Shown here in pieces: positions 23,516 to 35,121 of a stretch of DNA of 47,440 nt. The notes beneath the pieces are model-generated. The model did not search any database, was not told where the DNA came from, and saw only the letters and a list, made by a program, of their open reading frames with translations. The translations under genes and the position numbers were made by a program. The DNA comes from Piedraia hortae CBS 480.64 (lineage: Eukaryota). Within the stretch, counting starts at the first letter, position 1; each line of letters opens with the position of its first letter. The DNA lies in NCBI GenBank assembly GCA_010093745.1, contig MU006037.1, positions 1 to 47,440 of the forward strand. Direction: 5' to 3'.

Positions 23516-24529
23516 TTAGATTTCCAGGGTTCCATCACCTATCACCCTATCCACTCCCCATCCCCCCCCCAGCCTATCCCGTTCTACTCCCCAACCTCTC
23601 AACAACCCCCTGAAGCAAAACCCCCGGAAGCACCACATCCGTCGCCCTAACCGTAACTCTACATCTCTACCGCAAAAATTCAGCCTCCCCCCAAAAAAAG
23701 AAACGACCACAAACCTTAAGTTCAAATTAGGATCCACCCTCAAAAGACATCCAAACTTTCCCTTGCTTGTTGCCAAAACCGATGCAGCAACAACATGCGC
23801 AGGATCAGGATCTGCAACATCTAAAAGAGTCCATCTTATCTCCCTTGCAACACCACGTACGTCACTCAGCTTGGCGGGAAGGGTGAAAACTCTGTGTTTT
23901 CCTCGTCTTACCAATCTGGCCCCAGCATTTAAAAAATTTCTCTGCGTTGAACGTAGCAGGTATAGTGCGTAGTAGCACTGGAATCGGAAAGGTGTATGAT
24001 GTGTGCTGGTGGGGGACTCACGCGGAGGGTTGGTGGGTCGGAAGAAACCCCGTGCTTCGAATGTAACTGTTTGTGCCGTCTGGGAAGACAGGTGGAGGGT
24101 TGGTTTAGGGAAGGATTTAGCTTCGATGTGTAGGTCTGCTGACGCGGAGGAGAAGGTTGTGGTGACACTTTGTAGGGGTGCAGAGGAGCGGCTGGAGAAG
24201 TAGATGATTAAGCAGCCGATTTCAGAGTGGTAATTGGAGCGAATTCCGATGTCGAGTTGGGGAGGGGGTTAGAGGATTCCCTCGAGGCGAAAGAGGAGGG
24301 TGTTGTAGCCGGACTCCCAGCCGGAGGTGAACTTAGGGGTGTGGAGGTCGAGGCCCGCTAGGTCGTTGAAGATAGAGATTGGGGTTAAGGTGAGAATAAA
24401 GTTTCGTTTGAGAGCGGCGTCTCTTCCAGCTAAGATACAGGTGCGTATGTCGCCGACGGAGGACCTGCAGTTGATGTCAGGAAAAATATTGACGAATTTG
24501 GCTGAGGCTAAGGGATTTTTGGCTTGCAT
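23516..24529 (-). pseudogene. 338-codon orphan reading frame broken by a single in-frame TAA
   Basis: ORFs 24269-24529 and 23516-23914 share a frame. I translated 24268-23915 and found no stop (PPPQLDIGIRSNYHSEIGCLIIYF...NAGAR). The only lesion is TAA 24269-24271. Good start context CATC-ATG. No recognisable family. Confidence 0.55.
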
Positions 24530-26054
24530 GATGGGTGAGAAGGGGTTACGAATTGTTCAATGACACACTGCAGTTGCAGGTCTTGACAATCAAGTGGCCG
24601 AAGCCTCCCAGGATCTAGCTGCCAGTCTCGACCCAAAGGCCGCGGTAGTGGCCTTTTGGGTAGCATTTTAACATATTTGGCAGCGTAAGATACACTTTTC
24701 ACGTCTGTGACGTATTTACAGTATGAGAATGTAAATATTTTCCTCCGGTATGGCGTACTTGGCGCTTTGTAAATAGCGTAGGGGTACATGTACAAATTTG
24801 CAGGGTATGAGAACTGTCACACCTGTAAAGAAAGTTAAAGCTTTGACATATTACCGTAATGTCACAATTATGTAGCGAGCCAGCTCAGCTTCCTAGTCAA
24901 AAAGTCCCTTTTGGCTGCGGTCTATATCAATTCACTTTCTCCCATTTTTTCGTCCTCAGTTTCCTCCCGGTCACTCCTTGGCCTCCTTCGCCCGGCCACT
25001 TCCTCAATCATTTCCCCGCATCACCCGCTTTAAGTGCTTTCCTCCAGCAACTCTTGCACATTCTGGACCTTTTCTGACCAAGCTGGTCGCCTTCTACCCA
25101 AGAGAAGGGTGCACTACCGCCGCAATATTACATTGCTGAAGGAGAAGGCATCAATGCTGAGAGCACAATTCCTCACTGCCAACCTGCAACACGCTCCATG
25201 GGAATTTTTTGCATGAAGCCTCGGTGATTTGAGCGTGTAAGCTTACAATAGAAAAGTTTCTTAGACCTTCTCCCATGGAAATTTTCCCCTGTGATTCCAC
25301 ATCACACTTGTCGACGTCCCGAATCCGTCCCCACAGTGACAGCTGCCATTGAGCTGTCAACCCCACAGGGGACAATATGACTCATCTGACAGTCCGGGGC
25401 TTAAAGTAACATGACCGGTTCCCAATAAGATTAAACCTGCTTAGTTCTAGAACGGTGACTAAGCCCCCTGCGAGTGGATCTCCGATGAACGTAAGCACTT
25501 CGTAATTGCAGACACTGCGTTCAGCATTGTTTCTCGCCACCACTCTCTTTTTTGTACATCATACGACCAACATAGACCTATACGCTAACACGTTCTTCAA
25601 AGACGCAATAAATTGACCTACTATTGCACAGAGAGAGATTTGTACCTCTTGGCTCCAAAAGGATGGTCTTGTCTGGAGGGAGACTAATCCGAAGAGAATC
25701 AATGATCGTATAGGCACGTACACCTACTGTCTACCTATGTGATGACCAGCTAGTCGAATGGTATCACGCGTTGACAATCTTGATGATAGAGTCATCGCTA
25801 ACGCCTATCCAATAAACCCTAGTTGCTGGCCCCTGTTTATCAACTATATTTCCAAAGCGTGCGTTTATTGGTTGGAATGACATGTCATTGCCGTGAAACT
25901 GGGTTTTTTTACCCCCAAACAGTCAGGTCCGAATTTGACGGTCACGCGACCACCTCTCACTGAATTTTATATATTTTGTGGGCACTTGACCTCTTTCCCA
26001 CTTCAAAAGATTTTCACTGTCGCATCGTCTAAAACATTAGAAATATCGAATGAT

Positions 26055-27647
26055 ATGTCCGATGAACCAGAGAAGGAAAGCCGTCAGTGGACGGAAGCAG
26101 AGCTTTCGCGCCTCGTAACCGCCGAAAAGATTCCCCTCAAAGAAGAAGATTGTTACGAACAGCTTGGATTCTGCTTCCCGACATGGAAGAAGTGGTATAT
26201 CCTTACCGTAATCTTTCTGGTCCAGGTGTCTATGAACCTCAATACGTCTCTCTACTCCAATGCCCTACGTGGCATATCTACTCAGTTCGGCGTCAGCATG
26301 CAGGCTGCTCGTGCCGGCGCTGCGATCTTCCTGGTCTCCTACGCTTTTGGTTGTGAGCTCTGGGCTCCCTGGGTAAGACATCACCTCGTCTCCATTTTTG
26401 CGTCAAAGGCTAAAGTTATATAGTCAGAGGAACTCGGTCGTAAACCCATTTTGCAGGCTTCCCTCCTTATGGTCAACATTTGGCAAGTCCCCGTCGCTTT
26501 AGCCCCTAACTTTGCCACAGTCATGGTTGCCCGCACCTTGGGCGGCCTTTCCTCCGGCGGTGGGTCGGTCACGCTTGGTATGGTCGCCGATTTGTACAAA
26601 TCCGACGATCAGCAGTACGCTGTTGCGTATATTGTGTTTTCTTCGGTCGGCGGCTCGATACTCGGCCCCATTATTGGGGGGTTCATCGAGACCTATCAGC
26701 ATTGGAAATGGGCAATCTGGATGCAGCTCATCTTTGGCGGGTTTGTTCAGCTCCTGCACCTCCTCACCGTGCCCGAGACGCGCACCACCATCCTCATGGA
26801 CCGCATCGCCAAAAAGAAGCGCAAGGAAGAAATGATGAACATCTGGGGCCCAGACGAGTTGCTGCCATTCCGAGAGCGCTTTGCGGTCAAGGAGATCCTT
26901 AGCCTCTGGGTGCGGCCGTTCCAAATGTTCGTCACGGAGCCCATTGTCCTGGTGCTCTCTCTCCTATCCGGGTTCTCCGATGCGCTGATCTTCATGTTCA
27001 TCCAGTCCTTTGGTCTTGTGTACGAGCAATGGGGCTTCACCACGATGCAGGTTGGACTATCCTTTATCGCCATCGGCGTGGGCTATCTCATTGCCTGGCT
27101 CGCTTTCCTCCCGGCCATCAAGTACAACATTAAGGAGCGCCTTGCCAATCCCCACGACGAAAGAACTCAGTACGAGTCCCGACTTTGGTTCCTGTTGTTC
27201 ACGGCGCCATGCTTGCCCCTGGGTCTCCTTGGGTTTGCGTTGACCAGCCAAGGCTATCATCTACCCTGGGCTGCTTCCATGGTCTTTGTCGCCATGGTTG
27301 GCGTCGCCAACTATGCCATCTACATGGCCACCATCGACTACATGATCTGCGCTTACGGGCCCTACTCGGCATCGGCCACCGGCGGCAATGGGTGGGCCCG
27401 TGACTTCCTGGCTGGCGTCCTCACAGTCCCCTCCACGCCCTTCTTCACCAATATCGCCCGCGGCTCTGGACGCAATCTGGTCTACGCAAATCTCATCCTT
27501 TTCAGCATCTCAGTCGTGCTTGTAAGTGCTGTATATGCCATCTACCGCATGGGCCCCTCCCTGCGTAAGCGTTCCCCTTTTGCACAGAAACTGGCAGAGG
27601 AAGAGGGCTCCGTTGCAAATGCTAGATTAGATGAAGAGTCTAGTTAG
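26055..27647 (+). CDS. MFS transporter, DHA1 (drug/polyamine:H+ antiporter)-like, ~513 aa; exons 26055-26372 and 26424-27647
   Basis: FPTWKKWYIL. WAPW is joined to SEELGRKPILQ across a 51-nt intron at 26373-26423. Motifs GSILGPIIGGFI, VPETR, RPFQMFVTEPIV and YGPYSASATGGN, plus about 12 hydrophobic segments. Confidence 0.92.
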
Positions 27648-28044
27648 TTTTCACTACTATGGTTCGTCTTATCAAGTTGATCATAAAGCTTTTAAAACCT
27701 TTCCCAGGTAAGAGATCTCGTCAAATAATGAGTAAACTTCTGTGAGTTCTTTTCCGGTGTTATGCAGTCAAACCTGGACGCCTCGGATTCCTCCTAATGG
27801 TAGACCGTCAGCAACGTCAATCTGGTTTCAACATACCAATTGACACCTCAATACAGCAAACACTGTAGTCAAATTTTATCAGGTGAAAGATAAGAAAAGC
27901 TATGTAGGCTGCATTGAGCGTTTGAAGGCCTGTGCATTCAACCCAGGGCCCATGCAACATATTACCTTGCATGAACGAAGAATACTCCCATGCCTCAGCC
28001 TCACCGACTTCAGTAAACCGCACCGAACGCTCGAATGGGAACTC

Positions 28045-29004
28045 TCACACCCCAACTTTAACCCTCCACATATCTGCCCAATCCGAAAACCGATCCCTAT
28101 TCCCGTCCCAATCACTCTCCAACCTTTCGCTCAAAAACTTCGCCTCCTTAACACACTTGTCTAACAACTCCTCCGCCTCGCCCTCCTCTAGCTCATACAA
28201 CAACCCCACAAGTTCATCAACCCTCTCCTGCAACGTCCTAACCGTCTTAACAGCATCCTCAACCCTACTTATTTCTCCACCCTCAAAAACTCCCAATCTT
28301 CTCTTCCCCACCGCCCTGAACAGCAACACCAACTTCCTCAACACACTCCCCACCCTCCCCACAAGCGGGGCCAGCCGCTCCGGCATAGAATTCTCCGCAT
28401 TAAACACATCCCCAAGTTCATCCCCATGAACAGCTTCATCAAATTCCTCAAGCAAAGCATCCCTCCCTTCATTTGCCCCATCCCCTCCTTCGCGCCATGC
28501 ACTCAACTCCTCAATGGCATCTTGCACCATGCAGGAATACTCCTCCACCTTTTTAGCTGCGAGGCCCCCGATTCCAAGCTCCGCGAGCTCCGCGAGCGAA
28601 TCACACGAGGACCATAGCAGACCGGTGGAGGTGAGGGTATCTCCCCCCCCGGATCGCAGACCGGAGAGGTAGGTTTCTAGCTCGGTGAGGGTGGCGCGAG
28701 AGCGGAGGCGGGCTTCGCGGGAGAGGGTTATGCCGTATTCGGTTGAGGAGATGTTGGCGCCGTTGGAGAGGAGGATGGGGAGGCAGGTGAACTCTACCTC
28801 TTTGAGGACGGTTATGAGGGCTGAAGGGGTGAAGGGGGGTGTTGTTGCTAAAAGGGAGAGTTTGGTTGTGTGCGCTTTGAGGAGGATAGCGCCTCGGGAG
28901 AGGGTTTGCAAGGGGCTGGGATCGGCGGGAAGAGAGGGTAGAGTCGCTTCCCGGGATAGCTGGATTTGGGTGATGAGAGTTGTGATTTGTTGTTCGAGGG
29001 CCAT
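28045..29004 (-). CDS. GCIP / cyclin-D1-binding-protein-like helical protein, 319 aa
   Basis: Intact ORF with LLKAHTTKLSLL..PPFTPSA, TSTGLLWSSCD and VQDAIEELSAW, which resemble the fungal Grap2/cyclin-D-interacting family (recognised from memory). Confidence 0.7.
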   Translation of the reverse strand: MALEQQITTLITQIQLSREATLPSLPADPSPLQTLSRGAILLKAHTTKLSLLATTPPFTPSALITVLKEVEFTCLPILLSNGANISSTEYGITLSREARLRSRATLTELETYLSGLRSGGGDTLTSTGLLWSSCDSLAELAELGIGGLAAKKVEEYSCMVQDAIEELSAWREGGDGANEGRDALLEEFDEAVHGDELGDVFNAENSMPERLAPLVGRVGSVLRKLVLLFRAVGKRRLGVFEGGEISRVEDAVKTVRTLQERVDELVGLLYELEEGEAEELLDKCVKEAKFLSERLESDWDGNRDRFSDWADMWRVKVGV

Positions 29005-29452
29005 TATGTTCGGTGGTGGTTGTGTTTTATATAACCTTTCGGCAGTTGGATTATTTTGGTGGTTAGGACGGGTAAATCGAGTTCAACTCTTCAGAAGGGA
29101 GAAAGGTGTGGTGGGTTGATTACGTTCAATCTAGATGACGAAACGCGCGATCAGTTGCTAACTTGTTCTCTCCATCGTTCTTCACGTGCATATGGAAATG
29201 TGTAACGTGCGGCCCGTCCCGCCAAAAATATTCCCGTTTTGTCATGCCCCACATGTCACAAACGGTGTAACCACCTATTTTTATAAGCGCTAAACCTGAA
29301 CGGCAACCTGATCAGAGAGTCTGATGAAAAATATCCACGGCCTGAAGACAACAATCGCCCTCTCAAAACCCCACAACTATCCACATAGATAGAATTAGCT
29401 CTAATACCTGCGTGCGTGTGCGGGTGGGTGCCCGCCCTCCCACAATCTGCAA

Positions 29453-30775
29453 ATGGCAAAACGCAAATCATCTCCCTCCCGTCTCGCAACGGGAGAACTC
29501 CCAGCGCGCACAGTAGTCTTTGATAACGGCTCGTGGACCATCAAGACCGATTTCCCGACGGCAGTTCCCAACTGCATCGCGCGGTCCGACCGCGACAAGC
29601 GCACTTACGTCGGCCGGGAATTGGCTGATGACTGCGGGGACTATGGCGCTTTACGAATCCGGAGACCGATGGAAAGAGGATATGTGATCAACTGGGAAGG
29701 GGAGAAGGCGGTGTGGGAGAGGACATTGTCTGAGCTCGGGGTGCACAATGAAGAAGACGTTACTTTGATCTGGACAGAGGCGCCCAACGCCACCGCTGGG
29801 TTGCAGAAGAATGCGGATGAGATGATCTTTGAAGAGTTTGGGTTTGGCGCGAGTTGGCGAACGATTGGTATGTTTTTATAATTCGGTGGATAATGTGGTA
29901 TGACTGATGGTGTAGCGCCCGTTTTGAACGCTTTTGCGCCTTCTGCGTTTCCCGAAGAGAGCACGGAGTGTCTGCTGGTTGTGGATGTTGGACATGCACA
30001 TACGACGGTCACGCCGCTGTATCATGGTCGTTCGTTCCCTACGGCTATCCGCAGACTGGATATAGGTGGTAAGACGCTGACGAATCAGCTAAAAGAACTC
30101 ATCAGCCGCACGTTTGACGTCCATAAGGAGGATTGGATCGTTAATGAGATCAAGGAGGATGTGTGTTATGTCACGCAGAATTTCAATCAGGACCTGGAGA
30201 AGTGTTGGGCCCATGGTCCACATAAGAGGGATCCAAGCATCGTCGTCGACTACGTTCTTCCGGATTATGAAACTATCAAACGTGGGTTTTCTAGACCGCA
30301 TGATCCGAAGCTGAACTTGCGTAATGCTGCGCTGGGAATTGGCACAGAGGGTGGGCGTAGAGAACACATCTTGACGATTGGAAATGAGAGGTTCGTGGTG
30401 CCCGAATTGCTCTTTTGTCCGTCCGATGTGGGCATGGCCCAAGAGGGCATACCTGGGACCATTATGCAGTCACTGAACTCATTACCGGCAGGGCTTAAGC
30501 AGGCTTTTCTTGCTAATATCCTAGTGGTTGGGGGCACGAGTTTGCTTCCAGGATTCATGGAGAGGCTGGAGGCGGAGCTGAGAAGCATCGTGGATGTCGA
30601 TTTGGAAATTCGCATCGCACGAGCAGAGGATCCTGTCAGAAATGCGTGGAAAGGGGGCTTTCAACTGTCACAAAACCCAGACGTCCTGCGCAAGCATGTT
30701 GTCACCAAACAAGAGTACGAAGAATTTGGAGGCGCGTGGACTAGAAAGGTGTTCGAGGGAAGAGTTGAGCGATGA
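29453..30775 (+). CDS. ARP6: Actin-related protein 6 (SWR1 complex); exons 29453-29867 and 29916-30775
   Basis: VFDNGSWTIK, PNCIARS, RRPMERGYVINWEGE, TEAP, EMIFEEFGF, VVDVGHAHTTVTP, IGGKTLTNQLKELIS, YVLPDY and IGNERFVVPELLF. 48-nt intron at 29868-29915. Confidence 0.93.
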
Positions 30776-30779
30776 TCTT

Positions 30780-32000
30780 TTAGCTCTGCACCTGTTCCGC
30801 TAAAGATTTGAAGCGCGTGCGATTGGCGGCGCATAGATATCCCATGGTTTTCAGGAGGCGAAGCCCATCTTGTTTCAATTGCGTATTTGCGTTTGTGCAC
30901 AACTTGGTCAACGCGGCTTCTGCGTTGGGATCCTCTCCCATTATATCTTTGGCCTCTTGTGCACGAGCAAGCTGGTTCAACAATCCCCCGGCCGAGTGCA
31001 GGAACTCTGCATCACTTGATTCAACCATTGCCTCCATCAGAGGTGCGTGAAGTCTTTGATCTGTCACCAGATACCCAGTTGTTTTGGGCGACGTCTTGAC
31101 CAGAAGGTTTCCCACTACCTGGCAGGCAACGTGGAGTCGTTCTACGTCGACCACTCTGGCCTCCGAGATGACGTTGAGGAGTTTTTTGATAAATTCGTCT
31201 TTCAATGTGGTATAAGTGGCGAATCTCTGAGTCGCGGAGATGTCCGAAAGATGCCATAGAAGACTTGTAGCAAAAGGAGCCAACAGCTCGCTGTTACCTC
31301 TTTTGTCCACGAGGTCAGTATACACCTTCCAGAGCCTGGGCAGATGGTCAGATCCAACCATTTCTTCCTGATGGCGCGGGTCTTTGATGTATATCAAAAT
31401 GATGTCCAAGGCAACGGCATAATCTTCTTCGGGTAAGTCTATCACTGCGCCTGGGAGTTCCAGAAAGCTGTTCATCATATTGTCAGACAGCCGCTCATAT
31501 TCTCCGTCCTTTGTGGATACAATCGCATAAAGGATATCGAGCAGCATCGACCTATATTCATTGACATTCTCAACATGTTCGTATTTTGCCCCACGAATCA
31601 TGTCCGGAAAGTAGTAGTGAATCATATCGTCGCTGGCATTCTCCGCCGCTGTTTTACAGTTTGGGATCAGATTCCACATCACCTTGACCAGTAACTCGTT
31701 GTTGGCCTGGTTGATATGGCGTGTTACCCAGCTAAGGTTTAATTTGGCCATGGCCTCTCGGCCAGCTTCTGTGGTGCAGGCGTTGCCAAGACACCTCAGA
31801 GTGGGATCCGCACTCTCACTTGAGATATATTTTGTGAGCTTGCGCTGGAGATCCACATTTGCCAGGCGGTCACGGACTTCAGGACTGTCTCTGCTTGCCG
31901 TTGCAAGAAAAGCAATGTCGTTTTTGACATCCTCACTGTTTGTTTCGGAATCCATGATTCTCTGGCAGGCCGATTCAGCCTCTTGAAGTATAGTGCTCAT
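30780..32000 (-). CDS. ARM-repeat protein, probable SmgGDS/RAP1GDS1 (Bem4-like) small-GTPase regulator, 406 aa
   Basis: Intact single-exon ORF with ARM-like helices: LRCLGNAC, ACQVVGNLL, FLHSAGGLLNQLA. The family assignment is inferred. Confidence 0.65.
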   Translation of the reverse strand: MSTILQEAESACQRIMDSETNSEDVKNDIAFLATASRDSPEVRDRLANVDLQRKLTKYISSESADPTLRCLGNACTTEAGREAMAKLNLSWVTRHINQANNELLVKVMWNLIPNCKTAAENASDDMIHYYFPDMIRGAKYEHVENVNEYRSMLLDILYAIVSTKDGEYERLSDNMMNSFLELPGAVIDLPEEDYAVALDIILIYIKDPRHQEEMVGSDHLPRLWKVYTDLVDKRGNSELLAPFATSLLWHLSDISATQRFATYTTLKDEFIKKLLNVISEARVVDVERLHVACQVVGNLLVKTSPKTTGYLVTDQRLHAPLMEAMVESSDAEFLHSAGGLLNQLARAQEAKDIMGEDPNAEAALTKLCTNANTQLKQDGLRLLKTMGYLCAANRTRFKSLAEQVQS

Positions 32001-32135
32001 GTTATGGTTATGTATGATTTTGATATGATATGATCGTTGTAACGCCAGAGCAAAATTCCATTAATTTTGGTAGGTGCGGGGCGGGGGCTGCCGAAGGGAC
32101 GCTGCCAAATCAACCAACGTTCGACATTTCCAACC

Positions 32136-32510
32136 ATGACACGCGCTCAGAGAACTGGGGCCGTGTGCCTCTTCGTAACCGCGGTAAGACATGCGCTTTG
32201 TATGTTTGAATCTTGATTAATGATGGTAGTTGTACTCTATCATGTTCCTAGGAATTTTCCCGCTGCCGGAAAAGATACAGCATGAGGTTGTTCCCGTTGT
32301 ATGTATTATCTGTGCATTAGCTCGAGCATCGTTAACATTGAGATGCAGCTCCCATTCTGGGCCCTTGTGTCATTTGGCTCCTACCTCCTATTTCAACTTG
32401 GGTGGGGAGTGTACTCGTTCAACGACGTGCCAGAAGCTCGAGCTGAGCTTATGAAGCAGATTGAGCATGCTAGAACGGATTTAAAGAGAATGGGGGTGGA
32501 TGTGGATTAA
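32136..32510 (+). CDS. DPM3: Dolichol-phosphate mannosyltransferase subunit 3, 92 aa; exons 32136-32183, 32230-32298, 32349-32510
   Basis: MTRAQ start. Introns 32184-32229 and 32299-32348 have canonical signals. LPFWALVSFGSYLLFQLGWGVYSFNDVPEARAELMKQIEHARTDLKRMGVDVD is the typical DPM3 C-terminal half. Confidence 0.93.
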
Positions 32511-32790
32511 TCAATGCAGACAAGCAAGTATGATGCGTGGCGTTTTACAGCACATGGGCTCGTCATTGAGACTTGGCCTCGATTACATCGGTAGCTAGAC
32601 TACGTCGAACATTTTATTAATTCGACAGTTGACGATCGAAAGAATGGATGATTCACATCACAAGGAATTCCCGTTCTGTGTTGCGGTGACGTCAGCAAAT
32701 TGAAGCGGAAGACTTCCGTGGACCCTCGCGCGGAATCGCACGGCTTGGCTGCGACAGGGATCTGGTCAACATCCAAACCAACTCACTGAA

Positions 32791-34983
32791 ATGGCGAATC
32801 GGTTCCGACCACCGGCGTCGTACCGAGGAGAAAACTACTGCTACTACAGACCTAACGATCGTTACCGCGACGACCATAACCGCGGCGCGCCGCGACGCGC
32901 ACGAAACGACAGTCGGCACTACACCCCTGCGGTGCACCGCGGCCATGAACGTAGCCAACTCCCCAAGCACCCGCGCACGAGGGGAGACAAGAACGGGACA
33001 TTTGTCTTTCGCGGCGCGGATGCAAAGCGCGGCTCAAGTCCACCCCGTTCCTTTGATTTTCGCGCAGGTAGGGCGCCTGAGTTCCCACCAAACGATAATA
33101 TGGTTGCTCAGCGTAAAAGGCCGCGTAGACAGTTTGCCCCAAAACCTGCCCATAACCGTGCAATCTTGATTGAGTCTGGCCGGGCAACCACGCCAGAGCA
33201 GCTGGAACACATGAACGAGGATGATCAGCCGCGATTTCGCGAGGTCATCTCTAGTAGTGAGTCTGCAACGAGCAGCGATGACAAAGAGGATGAGACCACG
33301 CAAAAGCGCGTAAAGATGGTCCATGAGTCACCCCTTTCTGTGCCCAAGTGGTCCAATCCGGACCCGTACACTGTCCTCCCTCCTCCGGGGACCCAGACAG
33401 CAGCAAAGAAAGATATCGTGCAGCTTATACGCAAGGCAAAAATGGAGGCAGCCAGCAAAGAGCAGGGAAATAACGCAGTGACCACCAACCAAGATTTTAT
33501 CTCATTCGATACTGGGGAGAAAGTCCAGGAAGTCATTGACGTTCCAGAAGAAAACCTCAGTGAGTGTGAGGCGCCGATCGTCTTGGACGACATGGAGTCG
33601 AGTGACGAAGAAGATCTACCGTCTCCCAAGGTCAAGGTAACATCGACGAAGCATGAGAAACGTAAGCATTCTGTGCTCGGGCAGACATTGTCCCCCAAGG
33701 CTCTGACCTCTGACGAAGAAGCCATAGCCCGCATGGTTGTGCCGCAAGGCCCCAAAGGTCCCAGCATAAAATGCCCTCTTACTGAGGAATGGACTCCCAA
33801 GGGTGGCAATCCAACTCCTTGGTATACCGGGGAGACTGCCGATGTGACGGACCCCGGGGCTCGGTATGATATATCTCGCTTTGCTAAGGTGTTGGAGCTG
33901 TGCTGACTCTTCATCAGGCTACACATGGAGATCTGTGACTTTTATGAATACGTGCGGCCTCATCACTATGAGGAGACTGCACGGGAAGGCCTCATACGCC
34001 GTGTTCGGGATGCAATACGTCACAGCTCCGTAGAAGGCTCGCACAACGCCGAGGTCAAGAGCTTTGGCTCCTTTGCTGCGGGTCTTTATCTTCCCACTGC
34101 AGACATGGACCTCGTTGCGCTGTCGGCTGAGTATCGTCACGCGGGATGCAGGATGCTGTGTCAGAGCAGCACGTCAATGAGAAAGGTGGCCAACCAACTC
34201 AAAATGCAAAGGGTTGCTCTCAGCGGCGTGACGGTGATTGCCAAAGCCAAGGTTCCCATCCTCAAGTTCAAAGATAGCGTGACGGGGATTCGTGTCGATG
34301 TTTCCTTTGAAAACTCGAGCGGCATCCACGCCAACGAGACGTTCCTAGAGTGGAAGCGGCTCTATCCCACAATGCCCATCCTTGTCGTGCTGATCAAGCA
34401 GATGCTCGCTATGCGTGGCCTGAACGAGGTGTTTACCGGTGGCGTAGGCGGCTTCACCGTCACCTGTCTCGTCGTGAGTCTCTTGCAGCTGATGCCGGCA
34501 GTGCAGTCGGGGAACATGGACCCTCGTATGCATCTCTCAGACGTGCTGCTGGAGTTTCTCGAGCTCTACGGCGTCAAGTTTGACATTCGCTGCGTCGGCA
34601 TCCGCTTCGACCCGCCCGGTTATTATAATAAACTTGAGTCTCCTGATCACCCCCCTGGTCAGAACCCGGGGCGGTTGTCCATCATCGACCCAAATAACCG
34701 CTTCAACGACATTTCGGGCGGGTCTCGTCGCATCAACGACGTCCTCAACTGCTTCCGTGAAGCCGTCATGACGCTCCGTGACAGGCTCCATAAAATTGCA
34801 GTTGGGGAGGCCGATCGGGGTAGTATCCTCGGCTGCATCTTTGGCGGTGACTATTCGTCCTATCAAGCCCAGCGCGATCGCTCATATCGCTTACACCAGG
34901 GTAATTACGTTACACCTCATACAGCGCCGCCTTCAATCATTGGCAAGAGAAGATATATTGGTCCCCCTCGCCAGGGTCGTTGA
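32791..34983 (+). CDS. TRF4: Non-canonical poly(A) polymerase TRF4/TRF5/Cid14 (TRAMP); exons 32791-33863 and 33918-34983
   Basis: A 54-nt intron at 33864-33917 gives RLHMEICDFYEYVRP. Nucleotidyltransferase motif FGSFAAGLYLPTADMDLV, AKAKVPILKF, RGLNEVFTGGVGGF and PAP-associated LSIIDPNNRFNDISGGS. Confidence 0.9.
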
Positions 34984-35121
34984 TACACCTACACAGCATT
35001 TCTTTTTGTTTTTCCAATGATACCCAGGCGAATGCAGAGCGGAGTAACTGGCGTAGGATAGACACATTGGGATGAACCAACAGCTTTATACCCATTAGAA
35101 GTTCTTCTAATACCATTTCCA

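Noticed and set aside
17992..24271. Genome-wide stop-codon reassignment explaining the in-frame TAG/TAA
   Set aside because: Conserved genes terminate normally at TAG (FAS1, profilin, RPL7) and TAA (FAS2, DPM3) and contain no internal stops.
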